A stretch of 64,000 nucleotides of DNA, from NCBI GenBank assembly GCA_038087875.1, contig CM075998.1, forward strand, positions 250,001 through 314,000, read 5' to 3'. Both the position numbers and the translations under genes were made by a program. The first letter of the stretch is position 1; every line of letters begins with the position of its first letter. The notes under the pieces were generated by a model. It did no database searches. It was not told the DNA's origin and saw only the letters and a list, made by a program, of their open reading frames with translations. The stretch is from Malacoraja senta. Taxonomy: Eukaryota. Below are positions 1-42,200 of the stretch, in pieces.

Positions 1-3000
1 CGGCAGATGCTGGTTTATCTGAAGATAGACACAAAATGCTGGAGTAACTCAGCAAGTCAGACAGCATCTCTGGAGGAAAAGAAAAGGGTCTGAAGAAGGG
101 TCTCGACCTGAAACGTCACCTATACCTTTTCTCTAGAGATGCTATCTGACCCGCTGAGTTACTCCAGCTTTTTGTGTCTATCTGATGGGAGAGTTCTTTC
201 ACGGGGTCAGTTACAGAAAAGGAAAAGCATTAAATCTAGGAATCAATCTTTGGTTGAAAGTGACATTTAGTTACATTCAGAATTCATCAAAATCTTCCCA
301 AAAAGTAACAGAAATACTGTTTGTTTTAAATATTTAAAGATGTATTCCTTTTTAGGTATACATTTTTCTCAGACGGCACTTCAAAGGAGGGAGTTGCTAC
401 AGAGTACCCAGTCTCTGGGAAACTTTACACCCAGCAGTGGGGAAAGAATTCTTTCCCATTCACGGGACAGATTACAGTATCGACAACTAAAATTGAATTA
501 ATTATGTTGCATCTTTCTCACCTTGAATGAAACGCGTTTATTTCCGCCTGGCAGCAACTGAAGATGTCTTGCCAAAGCCCGAGAAATGTTCTCTCCCTGT
601 GATTGCCTCTCCTTCGTCTGGTCTCAGGGTCCCGTCGCCATCTCCCACCTCTTGTCGAATTTTGGTAGTGTTGCAACTGCTGCTCTTGAACCCGCAGTTA
701 ACGATGCCTTCACCACATACTCACCGTCACCGCTGCCACTCGCCCAGGAGGCAGTATTTAAACTCCAACTAAAATTATACTGTCCAAAGGGCATTTATGG
801 CTCTGTCACACCAGGCAATGAAAGCAACTGTATTTGCAATGAACTGGTGCACACAGGTGAATTTGGAATCAGATTCAGCGCAGTCAATGTCCCAGTGAGT
901 CTGAAGGAGGTTCGCGAACAGAAATGTCATCTATCCTTGTTCTCCAGAGATGCTGCTGGACCCGCCGAGTTACTCCAGCACTATGTGTCTTTTTTTGGTG
1001 AGATTACTCAACCACTTGGTGAATGCAGAATAGTGAAAGGCTTGGATAGAGTGGATGTGGAGAGGAGGTTTCCACTAGTGGGAGAGTCTAGGACTAGAGG
1101 TCACACTCAGAATTAAAGGATGTTCTTTTAGGAAGCAGATGAGGAGGAATTTATTTAGTCACACGGTGGTGAATCTATGGAATTCTTTGCCACAAAAGAG
1201 TGTGGAGGCCAAGTCGATGGATATTTTTAAGGAAGAGATAGATAGATTATTGATTAGTACGGGTGTCAGTGGTTATGGGGAGAAGGCAGAAGAATGGGGT
1301 TAGGAGGGAGAGATGGAGCAGCCATCATTGAATGGCGACGGAGACTTGATGGGCCGAATGGCCTAATTCTACTCCTATCACTTATGGCCTTTTGAATGAC
1401 GCTTTGTCAATGAAAGATATGCCCATTGCATGCAATGGTCCGACTTCTGGTAGCTGGGGCCATTCTTCAGGCGAGTAGGTTACTTAACCACAGTAGCTTT
1501 ACCCACCATTAAGGACATTGTTGTTTTGTGCTGTCCCTGCCCTGGGAGTGTTTGATGGGAGGTTGAAGGAGCTTTAATTCTGGATACAACTCTTTCAAAC
1601 AAAAAACTTTATTGCAGCATTAACAAAAAGATCTTAAATTGAGCTCACTGGTCTTGGGAGGACTCCAGCAAGCCAGCACATACACCAGGGACACACCGGT
1701 AAGAGGGGCAGGCATCAGCTCAGATGCGCGCAAACAATAAAAAGCTTTTCACTGTACTTTGGTACACGTGACCATAATAAACTAAACCAAAAAAATCTCC
1801 CGGTTGTGTAACATTTATGTCCTGGGCCTCCTCCATTGTCAGAGTGAGGCCCAACACAAATTGGAGGAACAGCACCTCATATTTCGCTTGGCAGCTTACA
1901 CCCCAGCAGTATTACATTTTGATTTTTCTAACTTCAAGCAACCCTTGCTTTCCCTCTCCGGACTCCGGACTGTCAAAGCTGCCACAGCCAGACATAAAAA
2001 CTGTTTTTATGCACGAGTAGTTGCTCTACTCAACAGCCAAAATCTGTAGCCTCCCTTTGATCTGGTATTTTGTTGGTTCACATGTTTGATCAATGGTGTT
2101 TTATCATTAATGTCTTATTATTATTATTAATGTTTAGTGTTTTCTGAGTCATTCGTAACTGTCACTGTATGTCATGTTGTTACTTCTGGGCGGAGCACCA
2201 AGGCAAATTCCTTGTATGTGAATACTTGGCCAATAAACTTACTTACTTACTCTCTCCTTCCCACCCCCACCCTAGTTCTCCGACTAGTTCACAAGTTATA
2301 GGAGTAGAATTGGGCGATTTAGCCCATCAAGTCCACTCCGCCATTCAATCTTGGCTGATCTCTGCCTCCCAATCCAATGTTCCTGTCTTCTCCCCATAAC
2401 CTTTGACACCCGTTCTAATCAAGAATTTGTCTATCTCTGCCTTAAAAATATCCACTGTGGCTTGGCCTCCACAGCCCTGTTTGTTGGAAAGAACTGTGGA
2501 TGCTGGTTTACACCGAAAATAGATACAAAATGCTGGAGTAACTCAGCAGGACAGGCAGCATCTCTGGATAAAAGGAATGGGTGACATCTCAGACTGAGTC
2601 TGAAGAAGGGTCTCGACCCAAAACAACACCTATTCCTTCTCTCCAGAGATGCTGCCTGTCCCGCTGAGTTACTCCAGCTTCTTGTGTCACTGTTCTCCTG
2701 ATTAATGTTACTGATTATATGCCTCGTTGTCACCTTCCCCTGATCCAACAATGTATCATTCTACATTTCCTTGATCAGCATCTGCTTTGATCTTTGTAAG
2801 AAGGAACTGCAGATGCTGGTTTAAACCGAAGATAGACAGATAGTTACCTTCTCCTGCAACTGCAGAAGATGCAACATCTGTCGCTATACCTCCTCGATTC
2901 TGTCCAGGGACCCCAACAGTTCTTTCAGGTGAGGCAGAGGGTCACTTGCACCTCCTCCAACCTTATCTACTGTATCCGTTGTTCAAGATGTTGACTCTTA

Positions 3001-3005
3001 TACAT

Positions 3006-4045
3006 TAGCAATGTTACAAAATTTTGAGATTTTAAAAATCAAGTCTGTAATTTATCCCATCAGATAAATCATAAAAAGACGTTTAATTTGACACCTAATT
3101 CACTTTTATATCTTCAGTATTAAAAAAGTTATGGCCATTTTCATACTCGGAAATTAGCATCTTGTTCCCTATTGCTTTTCCATTGACTTAACACAAAAGC
3201 TGTGATCGAGGACAGTCAAAAGCCCATAACTTTCTTAAAAATTAAGAGAACAAAGAAATTTTCAGTTATTATAGATTGAAGCATTTTGAAACAAATATGA
3301 AACAATCTTACTTAGATGACATGAAATTAAAGCATATAATTAGTTAGTTACCTAATTGTAGCTAATTACAAAATTCAATTACTAGATCTAAACATCTATC
3401 AATTTCTTAAGAATAGATTAACATTTTTAAATAGCCTAAGTGTCCAAATAACATTCACACAAGAATTCACAATATAACATAATTTTTAAATTTCATTGTC
3501 ATGGATTTACAGGCCAAATGGAAGAAATTTAATGTTTAATACCTGTAAATTAATGGGCATTTAAATCATCTTGCGAGTGGGGTTTTCTGGAACGCGATCA
3601 TTTGGAACGTTGATTTGCGGTGAATTTAACCCCGTATCGGCATGAAAAATTCTGCCGTTAGTTCGGGGGAAAGAATCACCGTTTCGCATTAAAAAATGTG
3701 AATTAAAGGCCTCTTAAGAAGCACTTTTATACACAAAAATAAACTGCTTTCGTTTACCTGTCCCGTGCGTGAAATCCGTCCCCGTTGTCGGCGTTGATGG
3801 CTTTCGAAGCTGATTTTAAAATAATTCCAGCGCTGAACTTGTCAATCGAATAAAAATAAAAAATACACAAAACGCCGGTCGGAACGATTTTTCAGCAAAA
3901 GCTGGCACTCCAACGAAATATAATACAGGACAAGGTAGGAGAAACCCGCGTTTTAACCCCGCCCCCCCTCAAAGGCGCCAAAATCGCGCACACGGCCAGT
4001 GGCAGAATTGCAGCGCCGCTGAAGGTAAGTATTGTAACATACCTA
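3006..4045. mobile_element. Non-autonomous DNA transposon (TAG...CTA, imperfect 19-bp TIR, 7-bp TSD TATACAT)
   Basis: TAGCAATGTTACAAAATTT vs rc TAGGTATGTTACAATACTT; TSD at 2999-3005 and 4046-4052. Confidence 0.75.
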
Positions 4046-4191
4046 TATACATCGGTGAGACCAAACGCAGACTGGGCGATCGTTAATTGATTGCTCTTAC
4101 TTAAGGTAGCCCCGGCATTCACTCTCTCTCTATCCCTCCCCCACCCAAGTCGCACCAGCTTCTCATTTTCACCCGACAACCAGCTTACAAT

Positions 4192-4788
4192 CAAAGATTA
4201 TAGAGCAGAGCAAGATGCGCCACTCTGCGAAAAAAGCGTAGTATGACATGGGTGAGTGTTGACGCCATTTTACCGGACTGCAATTTACAATAATAATAGT
4301 AACATTTACAATAATATTAACTAAATATGTGAAGTGATAGATGCTATATACAACACTGTTCCCTACAACACGGATTACACCAAAGATGATAGAGCGGATC
4401 AATCTTTGGAACGGATTACACCAAAGATACGAGAGGAACATTGCCCGCTGACTCGGGAGCGCTGACGCTTGAGGCTCTCCCGCCAGACAGAGAGCCTGGT
4501 GCCGGCTGCATTCATCTGGTATTGGGGGGACCGAGAATCAGTCCTGGATCAACTCAGGAGTGGAGGAAATGTCCTCTTCCCCCAAAGATACTATAGGAGC
4601 CTCCAGTATCTTTGCTCTTCCCTGCGACCTGATGTAAGCGCAGATTGTATAACTGTGGAGTCGGTCCCCGCTACCAAAGATGTCGCGTTTTGCATTAAAA
4701 AATGGCGGCCGTGACGTTCCGTTACGTACTACACGTCACTCCATTGGATTTCGGAGGAGTGGTCTATCTTGCTCCTCTAGTATCTTTG
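4192..4788. mobile_element. P-element-like MITE (CAAAG...CTTTG, 8-bp TSD CTTACAAT)
   Basis: Imperfect TIR of ~30 bp, exact 8-bp TSD. Confidence 0.75.
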
Positions 4789-5246
4789 CTTACAATGGCC
4801 TGTTTCCTTTATCATCGTTACTTTTTTGCATATCTTTCATTCATTGTTCATTATCTCTCCACATCACCGTCTATATCTTTTGTTTCCCTTATCCCCTGAC
4901 TAGTCTGAATGGTTTTGACCCGACCCGACCCGAAATGTGACCATTTCTCTCCGGAGATGCTGCCTGTCCTGCTGAATTACTCCAGCACGTTGTGTCTACC
5001 TTCTGCTTTGATCTGTCGTTTTCACACCTTACCCTTCCATATCTCTTTGTCTCCCTCTCCCCTGACTCTGTAATTGGCTTGGTATAAGTGTAAATTGTCC
5101 CTAGTGCGTGTAGGATAGTGCTAGTGTACGGGGTGATCGCTGGTCTGTGCGGATTCAGTGGGCCGAAGGGCCTGTTTCTGCGCTGTATCTGTAAACTAAA
5201 CTAAACCCCTTGGGTGGAATTTGACAAAGGTTGTAGCATTGACGGC

Positions 5247-5393
5247 GCCCTGGGCCAGACACCATGCCCTCGGGCCGGACACCATGCCCTGGGGCCGGAC
5301 ACCATGCCCTGGGTGTCCGGACACTATGCCCCCTGGGGCCGGACACCTTGCGCCCCCCCCCCGGGCCGGACACTTTGCCCCCCTGGGCTGGAC
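5247..5393. repeat. ~20-bp GC-rich minisatellite, 6-7 degenerate copies
   Basis: Unit GGGCCGGACACCATGCCCT(N). Confidence 0.85.
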
Positions 5394-5439
5394 TGCACGC
5401 CCTCGCTCGAGCCAGCAGCTTGCCGCCAAAATCGAGGGC

Positions 5440-5892
5440 GGGGATAGGCTAAGACTCGCGCGCGGAGCGGGTAATTACGGCCCGTCCGCCTCATACGTCA
5501 CACGCACAGCTTGCGTCTGACGCAGTTTCTTCGAAATCAGCTGCTCGCGATGGGGCCGCCGCCGCCCGCAAGCGCAGTGACGCCGGCTCGCTGAGTGGCC
5601 AAACATCGGGGGAGGCGGGATCAGCGCGGGCTGATTGACGTGAGGCCGGGCCAATGGCACCTGTTAGAATGGCAGCAGGCTCCTTCCCGCCGGTGGGGGG
5701 GGAGGGACTAATCGTTGGAAGAGCTGGATGTGCCTCCGCCCGGGTGTATTTTTTATAACAATACAGTATTGGACAACTGTAATGCAAATTTCCTAACTAG
5801 AATAACCACAAGAAAAGTCGCCACAACAATATTTCCATCAATAACATAACCTTTGCATGGTTTTAGCCTTCAACGCGGAAGTTCGGGTAAGT
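5440..5892 (+). promoter_or_regulatory. CpG-rich promoter and probable non-coding first exon of STAT2
   Basis: CpG-dense; GC boxes, several TGACG half-sites, CCAAT 5651-5655, GAS-like TTCTTCGAA 5527-5535, ETS-like CGGAAGT ~5876-5882, consensus donor GG|GTAAGT at 5886/5887. Confidence 0.65.
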
Positions 5893-6339
5893 TCACAGCA
5901 GGCACTCTATTCTAAATTATAATGTTTTACATTTCTTATTTAAATTATACGTAAATAAAATGTATGATCTCCTAAATTAATATGCATGTTAATGGTGTGG
6001 TAAATTAACTGAAGGGAAGTTAAGAAGAGACATGTTGTTCCCGGGTTAATCGTATTGGACTCTGGGTCTGGTCTGATGTTTGTGTGTTTCGGTGACTGTT
6101 TGGGGACACTGGACCTCGCATGTGTCAGATACATTCTCCCCCTTTCTCCCCTGGCCCACGACAACTTCAGGGAGCCCTGACTCGCAGCTGCCATGCGTCT
6201 CCAACCCTCCCACTCAAAAGCAAGAGCACTCACTATCTTATCGCAGCCAGACAAATGCATTTCAGCTAAGGCCCGCTGCCTGGGCAAGGCCAGCAGCATA
6301 ATCAAGGACCAGCTTCACCCCCGGCCACTTCCTCTTCTC

Positions 6340-6612
6340 CCCTCTTCACCCCTCTCCCTTCACCCCACTCCCCTACTCCCTCTTCACCCCACTCCCCTAC
6401 TCCCTCTTCACCCCTCTCCCCTACCCCTTCTTCACCCCTCTCCCCTACCCCCTCTTCACCCCTCTCCCCTACCCCCTCTTCACCCCTCTCCCCTACCCCC
6501 TCTTCACCCCTCTCCCCTACCCCCTCTTCACCCCTCTCCCCTACCCCCTCTTCACCCCTCTCCCCTACCCCCTCTTCACCCCTCTCCCCTACTCCCTCTT
6601 CACCCCTCTCCC
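6340..6612. repeat. 24-bp C/T-rich minisatellite, ~11 copies
   Basis: Unit CACCCCTCTCCCCTACCCCCTCTT. Confidence 0.92.
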
Positions 6613-9034
6613 CTCTGGCAATAAGTACAGAAGTGTGAAAACACACACCTCCAGATTCAGGGACAGTTTCTTCCTGGCTGTTATCAGGCAACTGAACTAT
6701 CCTACCACAATCAGAAAGAAGTCCTGAACTACTATCTACCTCATTGGTGACCCTCAGACTATCCTTGATCAGACTTTGCTGGCTTTACCTTGCACTAAAC
6801 GTTATTCCCTTATCATGTATCTATACACTGTAAATGTATCGATTGTCAAGTCAAGTTACTTTTATTTATATAGTACATTTAAAAAACAACTCTCGTTGGC
6901 CAAAGTGCTTTACATTGGTGGAGGTACTAACGTTATACAACATGTAATACATGTAATCATGTATTGTCTTTTTGCTTAAGAAGGAACTGCAGATGCTGGA
7001 AAATCGACGGTAGACAAAAATGCTGGAGAAACTCGGCAGGTGCAGCAGCATCTATGGAGCGAAGGAAATAGGCAACGTTTCGGGCCGAAACGTTGCCTAT
7101 TTCCTTCGCTCCTTAGATGCTGCTGCACCTGCTGAGTTTCTCCAGCATTTTTGTCTACCTCCTATTGTCTTTCTGCTGACTGGTTAGCACTTAAAAGCTT
7201 TTCACTGTACCTCGGTACACGTGATAATAAACTAAACTGAACTTGCGTGGTTTCCCCAATGCCCAGAGTGGGTTCTTTGGGCTATTTTCATGTCTTTTGT
7301 TAGTTTCTGGCAATCTTTTAAAATGTCCCACCTTTCACTCAAGTGTTAAATATTGTTGGTCACTTTGTGGGTGATTAAACAAACTAAGAGGTTGTTTTGT
7401 TTCTTTAGATGAAATAATAATGGATTTAGAACTTCCTGTAATTTAATTGGAAGGTGCACTGATCAAACCTGATGTGTGGGTATAATGCAGGGCTTACACC
7501 AACTCATCAGGTTGGTAACGTATGATTAACATTCAAGTTGAGATGTGTCAGACTGTTAGTCACCCTGTGTCATCAGGAAAGGATGCCATGAGAATGCAAA
7601 CCAACTTGAGGTTTTCAAACCATTTTATTTTGCATCGAAATCTGGGTTCATGCCGAGGGACAGCCCCTCAGGTTTCAGGTGGACTGAGAATGAGATTTCA
7701 AAATCAAAAGTTTGTGCAGTGTTGAGAGTTCATTGACTACAAGTTGTTCCGAACCCTCCACAGATGCTGCCTGACCTGCTGAAATCTTCCAGCACTTTGT
7801 TCGTTTTTACTCAGGATTCCACCATCTGCAGTCTCTAGTATCTCAAACGTATCTTTGTTCTTAAAATTTTGTTTCCTAGTTTATGTACAGCTATCCACAA
7901 TACAACTATCCCCTGAAAACCATACAACTCGATACAGTGAATTGGGTCAACAATTTTTTGTTGTTGCAATATCTATCTATTCTCTCTATTTTTCTCCATT
8001 TGTTATGACCTAAGCTGAATTTTAGTTCTGTCTGCCGTTCAAGATAACTTTCTTCACAGCATGCCCTAGACTCTTGAGTGTTGGCAGTTAGCCTAGTCAC
8101 GAGACTGGCTTGAAAAGGAAGGAAAGAGAATATTATAGCCAAGCACAATTATGTCCTCATTCTTGTATGACTGGGCTCATCCTGCTGACTGGGATAGTGT
8201 TTGTGATTAAACATGAGAATAATGTCCCACTGACATTACAAACCACCGAAGTGTACATAGAACAGTAGAGAGCAGGAAGGAACGGCAGATGCTGGTTTCA
8301 ACTGAAGATAGACACAAAGTGCTGGAGTAACTCAGCGGGGCAGGCATCAACTCTGGAGAGAAAGAATGGGTGACGTTTCGGGTCAAGTCTGAAGAAGGGT
8401 CTCGCCCCGAAACGTCACCCATTCCTTCTCTCCAGAGATGCTGCCTGTCCCGCTGAGTTACTGCAGTATTTTGTCTATAGAACAGTATACAGCACAGGAA
8501 CAGGCCTTCTGTATGTGCTGAAATGGCTGCAGGGCAGTGTCACACAGGGTCAGTTATTTATTTGTGCCTTATTGAACAGAGTAGATAGAATGCAGTGATG
8601 TGCTGCCTTTGTACGTTAGTAATCTGGTCACGTTGCTATTTGTTTGCTTGGCTTCATCGCTGCTGGGATTGAATGTTGCCTGTCCACATCTGATCTTGTC
8701 CTATGATCTCTTGGCTCTTCTTCCAGCTTGTTTAACATCAGTTGCGAAACATGCTCCATTTTGATTTAAATTTTATTTGCAAAACTTTTAAGTTCCTTTC
8801 TGAGAAGGTGGAAATAGGGGTAGACCATTCATACCATTGTTCCTGCTGTTTGTTCTGTAGGATTATGGTCAATCTTTTATATTGCTCAATTAACTTATTA
8901 ACTAAAAATCTCGGTCTTGCAGATAGTCATAGAGCTGTACAGTATGGAAACAGGCCCTTCAGCCCACTTTGTCCTTGCCAACCAAGTTAGAATTCTTTCA
9001 GGGCAGCACAAACAAAACCCCTTTCTGACTATAA

Positions 9035-39211
<30,177 letters not shown>

Positions 39212-42200
39212 GAGAAACGTCTTACAGAATGAGTGATGACTTTGTGTATTCAAGAGATCTCTTTCTGATGCAGAATAAGTCTTCAATGTTCTGGTTTCTG
39301 GTGTTAGGACATGGAACCTCCTCCAATTTCAATACTCTGTATGCTGTACAGAATTTGTTTCCAAAATGTGCTTAATTCTTAGATTGATGTGCACTTACTG
39401 AGAACAGACCTTTTAAACTTCTTAATGTATGTAAGTAAAGCAAACCAATACTGATGATGCACTTGGGGAGGGTTTGGGTTTCCAGCAGGGAACTATCGAA
39501 TTCCCGTGATTAAGACGTTGGAATCACGTTGGAAGAAGATTTTATCTGGACTAGTATTACATTGAAGAAACTTTGGCAGTAAAGGAAGAATGTGGCTGTT
39601 CCTCTTACCCCTTATCCTCAATCTAAATCAACACTAAATTGATGTCTTTCCCTGCCTGGATGCCATCGCTCTGCTGCACTAAATGACTTGCACACGCAGG
39701 AATTTTACCATTTGGGCATAATTCTGAATGTTAAACAATGTTGTCATTGTACAGATTAAGTGTGCCATTCCCATATTTTCTCATTTTTGCACTGCACTTT
39801 AGAACTGTGGTGGGAGGGGGGGGGGGTCATTTGTCCACTATTGTGATAGTTTATCATCATGTTTGCGGAGAGGAAACGTGGCGCTGTTTTGATTATGACT
39901 CCATTTTGCTGCTTTGTGAGGTCGCTAGCTTTTGTCCATCATGTTTAGAAATGTTGCCATCTTTTGGCTTAATTTCTGCAGTTGGTCCATACGCACCACT
40001 GTGGGTGATACACAAATGCCACTAGCTTTGCTGCTTCAAGCTCCACTGTTGAACTTGTGCATGGAGCCTGGACTGAGTAAATGTGACTATGTCTTTGGAT
40101 AAGATAAAGGCCCCACTTCTCTCCTTGATGTTAGGATGTTTGAAAAAGCAGAAGATTCACAAGATTCCCCTGAATGACACAAATTTACTTGATTTCCTGT
40201 TAAAAGTACTCTTTATTTTTGTTCCCCGCTGATTAAATATGCTCACTGCAGAGAAGCACAGGTTTCTCAGCTATTGAATAGATGCTTATCCTCCATGTTC
40301 TTGCCACTATGTGTTGCAAGAGGTTTCCTTCCTATTAAGGATAGTTAATGATACGCCACAAGAAACTTTTGCAGGAAACTTTTCCATATAAGCTGATAAC
40401 ACCACAGAGAAGAGATTCTCTTTTTCTTGTATATTCAACTCTAAGGCTTGTTCTAGGAACATCCAGACTAAAACCAACCCAATACGGTTGCATGTTCTAG
40501 GAACATCCAAAGACTAAAACCAACCCAATACGGTTTTAAATTTTCAAACAAAAGGAGCCTTTTTGAAGGCCCATATTTTGTGTTTCTTTTTAAAACTCCC
40601 AATTTGCTTTCTCTTTTGAGCATCTTACGATTGTAAGAAATGCAGGAAAAGGTTCTGTACAGAAATGTTGTTCTCTCTGGTTTTGAAAGTTGGCCTTCAA
40701 GAAAAAGGAAGGTGGCTAATAGCTGGACGTTGAAAATAGCGTTTTATGCTCTTTTGTAGCTGCAATATTGGGTGAGTTAGAGTCGAGCCTGGCTGCTCAA
40801 TGTGTTTCAGGTTTGAAAACAAATTAAATTCTTCAGGCTTGTGTAAGGTTCAGATTAGGTCAGGACAGGTTGGATATTTTTAAATATACCAAACGGGTTC
40901 TAGTTAAGGCTTGACGCACCTAAGTCTCACTGGCTCAATGGGTAATACTCTTGCCTCAGAGTTGGCTGTTTCATCTTGCTCCAGAGATTTGAGCATGAAA
41001 ATATTCAGTTGACATTCCAACTGCAGTGCTCTTCCTTCAGATGAGATGTTGCACCACAGCCCTGTGTTAGAGGTGAATGTGAAAAATCTCATGATGCTAT
41101 CTTGAAGAACAGGGGAGTTATCCTTGGTGTACTGAGCAATACTTATCTCAGTTTACATTTTTATAATGTAATATTATTATGATGCAGCTTTTTTGGAGCT
41201 TGCTCAGCACAAAACGGCTGTCACACCTCCTACATCACAACAGTGACTGTGCTTCAAATGTACTTCACTGGTGACAAACTGGATTCTTTTACCCTCGATC
41301 TGGTTTCGTAAATATACGACAGGTCTTGTATACGTAAATACACAGGTCTTGATTCAACAAGTTTATTCTGTTTTCACCCCAGGGGACTTACTTTAGTCCA
41401 CAGCCTCCAACTCCCAAGGTGTTCCCCAGAGTAAGTGATATTTAATACAAAATACAAGCATATAAACGTTCACAATTCGGCACCCCCCCCCCTCCCTTCA
41501 GTTGTCCTATCATTATCAAGAATATCACGTGCTAACAGTTCTTTTCGCCCTAATCGGCTGCAGTTAGGGAGTTAGAAGCGGCATCTTGTTATTGCAATTA
41601 TAACAACGGTAGCGGGCTACTCCTGAAGGTCATATGCTGAGAAAGAAATACTCCCTGCTGATAGTTCAGATACAGCCCTGAATAAGCTGAATCTGTCAAT
41701 TTGCACACTATATTTGGTGCTCTGTATTCTACCACTGTTTGCCGTATTTTTCCACTGCGTTTGGTACTGCGAGTATACTTTCTCAATGGTTGTAGAGCAT
41801 TTGGGATTACCTGAGGCCAAGAAAGGCAGTGAAGAAATGCAAGTTGATTGTCTTTGTAATAGGACTGACACATGCTCGATTCTTGTGCAATAGGTTTCTG
41901 GAGCAGAAATGTCAGAATTTCTGGAAAATAACCTTATATGCAGAATTCTTGTTTTAAAATGTATGGATATCGTTTAAGAGCTTAAATCGTCATGCAATGC
42001 ACCAGAACATTGTCTGGATCAAGATTTAGTTGTATCTAGATTTTCAGAAGGTCTTTGCACCCCATAATAGATGATGAATGTTAGAACTAAAGGGTAGTTT
42101 ATTGCTTTGGGGTGTGTGCCACTCGAATCATGGGACCGTGACTGGTCATGATTTATATTACTGAATTTAAATTCTGGAATCAAAAACCACAATTTCTATA

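Larger units (their letters stand above)
2845..5005 (+). mobile_element. Penelope-like element 3' fragment (GIY-YIG relic) interrupted by two DNA transposons
   Basis: CRRCNIC...TCTSSNLIYCIRCSRC / YIGETKRRLGDR is rejoined across the 3006-4045 insert. Confidence 0.75.

Noticed and set aside
586..1116. 176-aa ORF
   Set aside because: Runs through Penelope-derived and CR1 fragments; chance chimera
5155..5520. Overlapping GC-rich ORFs; CRISPR-like appearance of the repeats
   Set aside because: Tandem minisatellite without unique spacers in vertebrate DNA; ORFs reflect low stop-codon density
6193..6691. Pro-rich and Gly/Glu-rich ORFs
   Set aside because: Translations of the 24-bp minisatellite
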